DNA from: Blepharisma stoltei ATCC 30299
Lineage: Eukaryota; Protista; Ciliophora
Direction: 5' to 3'
Length of the DNA: 64,000 nt
Assembly: GCA_965603825.1 (NCBI GenBank)
Contig: CBFDEM010000026.1
Coordinates: 62,001 to 126,000, forward strand
Under the pieces are notes generated by a model. It saw only the letters and a list, made by a program, of their open reading frames with translations, had not been told where the DNA came from and ran no database searches. The position numbers were made by a program, and so were the translations under genes. Positions 60,882-64,000 of the stretch are shown piece after piece (positions within the stretch are counted from its first letter, which is position 1; the number at the start of each line of letters is the position of its first letter).

Positions 60882-62348
60882 AATAAGATATGAAAATTAA
60901 TAATAAATCTGAATTTTAATAAATTCTACTTAAAAATGATCGTTTTATAATGTAGCTATTTTTAATTTATTTGCTTGCTGCAAAAATTGATGACTTGCTT
61001 ATGGAAAAAGCGGGTGGTGCGCAATCCTCAAATATCTAGTTATTGGTTTCTTGGATACAAGTTGTCTAGTGATCTAAAAAAATGATAATATCTATAATCA
61101 GTTTCAAGCTAATTAACCGATCAAGGCTAGCTGAGTTTTCACAATCCTTCTATTTTCTGATTTCTTACACTTTATATATGCAATGCCTTATTTTCTACTC
61201 AAATGACTTTTTCAAACATAAACTCTCAAAATTCTAAAATTACCTTAAAATAAAAACACTCAAATTTATCTTATTTTGATTTTCAGCTAATTCATTTAAT
61301 AACTTATCATTTGTATTATTAAAACCAATTTAAATCTCATCTATGGATTTTATCAAAATCTAAAATGAGTAATTATGAGATATATTATAAGCCAGAGCCT
61401 TCTTAATTAATTTAATTATATAATGCATTTAGATAATAGTATTTCTACCAATATCGATGGAAATACGCGCTACCAATTAAAATTAGTTGGCAGAATACAA
61501 AAGTTTTATGCTTGTTGTGTTTCTCTATTGCTTACTTGTTTCAGAGTGAATAAAAAAATTGATTAATGATTTCATGCTTTATTTAGATATATAGATCCTT
61601 AGAGATTCTAAATTGTATGATTATCAGAATTTATTTTTATTTCTTATTTTTGTGTCTTTCCTTGCTCTCCTGATGCATAATCAAGTCAACTCATGAAGGG
61701 CAAATAACTGATTTTTGTATAGCCTATAAAAATAGTGTAATAACCATTATTAAAATTGAAATGCTTCATATAAATATTTTTATTTTGATCACGATAACTT
61801 CTGCACATGTGTGCTCTAGCAAGAGAGAAAGACAAAATGCACTCTACATGTGCACCCAATAGCTTTATATGCATCTGAGGTTCAGGTATATGTCTAAATA
61901 AATCTGAAGCCTTGTCAACGACCTTTTAGAAATTCTAGAAAATCATTTTTCCTGTCTCAACCTTTTCAGATATGAATAGTAGGCCAATATATAATTTAGT
62001 ATTAGATCAATCAGCTTGACGAGCTGACTATAGTGGATCCCACTAAATACCCAAGCAGTGCTTAAGCCTATTTCTAGTGGTAAGTGAAAAACTTAAGATT
62101 AAGATCGATGCAGAGGTATCGCATGGTTCTATCAATAATCATATAAAACAAAAGGATAATTCCAAAAATTAGTTTCTCTAATAATTTTGCATCACTTATA
62201 TGGGAGAATGGAGTTAGGAAATCTGGTTTAGTGCATCTATACTTCTTTGAGAAGTGTAGAAGCAGTTGTCATTAGCGGCTAAATTGACTATTTCTCATAA
62301 TTTACTTAAGCGAATAAACTCATGGCACCATCCCATAATAAATAATCA

Positions 62349-64000
62349 ATGATCATTTTATTTATCTTCCTTTCTTTAGCAGAAGCCTTAATCAGCGTCC
62401 CTCTGTATAAAGAACTGAAACCCTTAACAAACATTTTAAATAAACCTCATCCCTTTTCACTCAGAAGACTTTCATCTTCATCAGCGGTGACAAACTATGA
62501 AAACGTACGCTCTATTTAGTATCAATATTACACTCAGATTGGAGTTGGAACACCTCCACAAAACTTTACAGCGGCGGTATCACTAAAGTATTCTTGGATT
62601 TTTATAGATAATAAAAACTGTTCTCAATGTCGGGATTCGACAATCAAATTTGATTCCAACAGCTCATCAACCTTTCAAAGTGGGAATAAATATTTGACCT
62701 TAGGCAAGTTAGAAGGATATACAGGGAAAGACACAGTCAAATTAGGAGATGTTGTTGCAGAATCCCAAGGAATACTTTTACTCAACAAGGAGTCAGGTAT
62801 AGATACCCTTAAGTCGGATGGTATACTTGGCTTAGGTTTTACCACTTCAAATGATGAAAATCCCTCTATTTTGAGTATTTTATATGCCCAGAATGACATT
62901 AGCCATAAGATTTTTTCGATTTACTTAAATGATTGCAACAGTCCATCTGACTTGCCTGATTATGGCCCATCAGTGCTGATGATTGATGGCCATGATATAA
63001 ATAAATATTCAGCAGAAAGCAATTTTACATATATTAAAGCAGCAAATTCAAATGGATCTTGGCAAATGGACTTCGATAGTGCTTCTTTTGACGGGGTTAT
63101 TTATACAAGCGGATCTGCAGCAATAATTACGCCTGGGACCAGCTTTATTTTAGGGCCAACAGATATCATTAATGATATTTTGAAGCGCTTGCACAATAAT
63201 TATAACTGTTTCGGTTTTAATGATAAAGATCTTTCTTGCAATTGCAATTCAAATTATCCTGATTTTATACTCCAAATTAGTGGAGTAAAATTTACAGTCA
63301 AACCAACAGCGTATTTGATGAAAAGTGGTCTATTCTGCGTCCCAACCTTTGATTATTCAGCCATACCCAATATATCCAATGCATGAGTATTGGGTGATCC
63401 TTTCCTAAGAAGGTTTTATTCACTTTATGACATGGATAACATGAAAATCGGCTTTGCTACTGTCGGACATACATCTCAGATAAGCTATAATAATTCTTCT
63501 AGCTCAAACAGTTCTGGCAGTGGATCTTCTGGAACAAACTCTACTTCAGGCTCTAACAGCACAAATTCAGGTAGCGGTTCAGGAACTTCAGGAAATGGCT
63601 CTGGGACGACCAATCCACCAACAGGCTCAGGATCCAATGGCTCAGGTACCCATAATTCAACAGGCTCAGGGTCCAATAATTCAGGTACCCCTAATTCAAC
63701 AGATTCAGGTGGTACAAATTCTAATAACAGTAGCTCTTCTGATAGTTCAGATGACAACTGGAAGCTAATCCTTGCTATAGCACTTCCTGTGTCAGCAGTC
63801 TTCATAGCTTTGGTAGCATTTTTGGCTATTCTCTTCATAAAAATCAGAAAAAGTCGCAAATCAGTCCAAAAAACGCTGGAAGAGGAAGACTTCCGAACAC
63901 GTGAAGAAGCGCAGGCACAAGTAGCTTCCAACAATTTTCCCGATAAAGATTATCAATCGAAAGAGACAGCTGCTTATTCAGCATTTGGCCCTTTCAAACA
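62349..64000 (+). CDS. Receptor-like pseudo-pepsin/TM protein copy 5; cytoplasmic part runs off the window end
   Basis: Intron 62505-62519; catalytic sites SLKY/TPGT; (TGA=W)VLGDPFLRRFY; Ser/Gly/Asn stalk; TM LILAIALPVSAVFIALVAFLAILFI followed by KIRKSRK. Confidence 0.85.

Noticed and set aside
61686-62300. Coding-like minus-strand fragment
   Set aside because: Broken frames and no recognisable motif.
47984-63400. Ordinary active cathepsin D/pepsin cluster
   Set aside because: Both catalytic Asp motifs are absent in all five copies.
1-64000. All-stop-ambiguous code (Condylostoma type), or germline/IES-rich sequence
   Set aside because: No internal TAA/TAG in intact conserved genes; long genes are uninterrupted apart from two insertions, so the window looks macronuclear.

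Overview
Eukaryotic, AT-rich, gene-dense DNA from a heterotrich ciliate, most consistent with a Blepharisma macronuclear (somatic) genome. TGA reads as Trp: it sits at conserved Trp positions, and paralogs have TGG at the same sites. Only TAA/TAG terminate genes, and introns are 15-16 nt (GT...A...AG, A at position 10). The supplied standard-code ORF track therefore fragments most genes; gene models here were rebuilt by hand. Housekeeping and other single-copy genes: N-myristoyltransferase, a UIM-bearing USP deubiquitinase, SPF27/BCAS2, a mucolipin channel, a DHHC palmitoyltransferase, a TRANK1-like UvrD helicase, tRNA-Ile(AAT), a divergent histone H3 and a degenerate Rab-like GTPase. Two rapidly turning-over tandem arrays stand out. 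(1) 9.5-25.5 kb: about 12 intact or decayed copies of an N-terminal U-box E3 domain fused to an apolipoprotein-L-like membrane-active domain. (2) 48-64 kb: five type-I membrane receptor-like genes whose pepsin-fold ectodomain has lost both catalytic aspartates, followed by a Ser/Gly/Asn stalk, a TM helix and different cytoplasmic modules (Kelch, RBR E3 ligase, short tail). Both look like candidate ubiquitin-coupled sensing/defence systems (inference). Two genes carry direct-repeat-flanked, GT..AG-bounded insertions that could be retained IESs or unusually long introns. A pogo-like transposase relic is also present.
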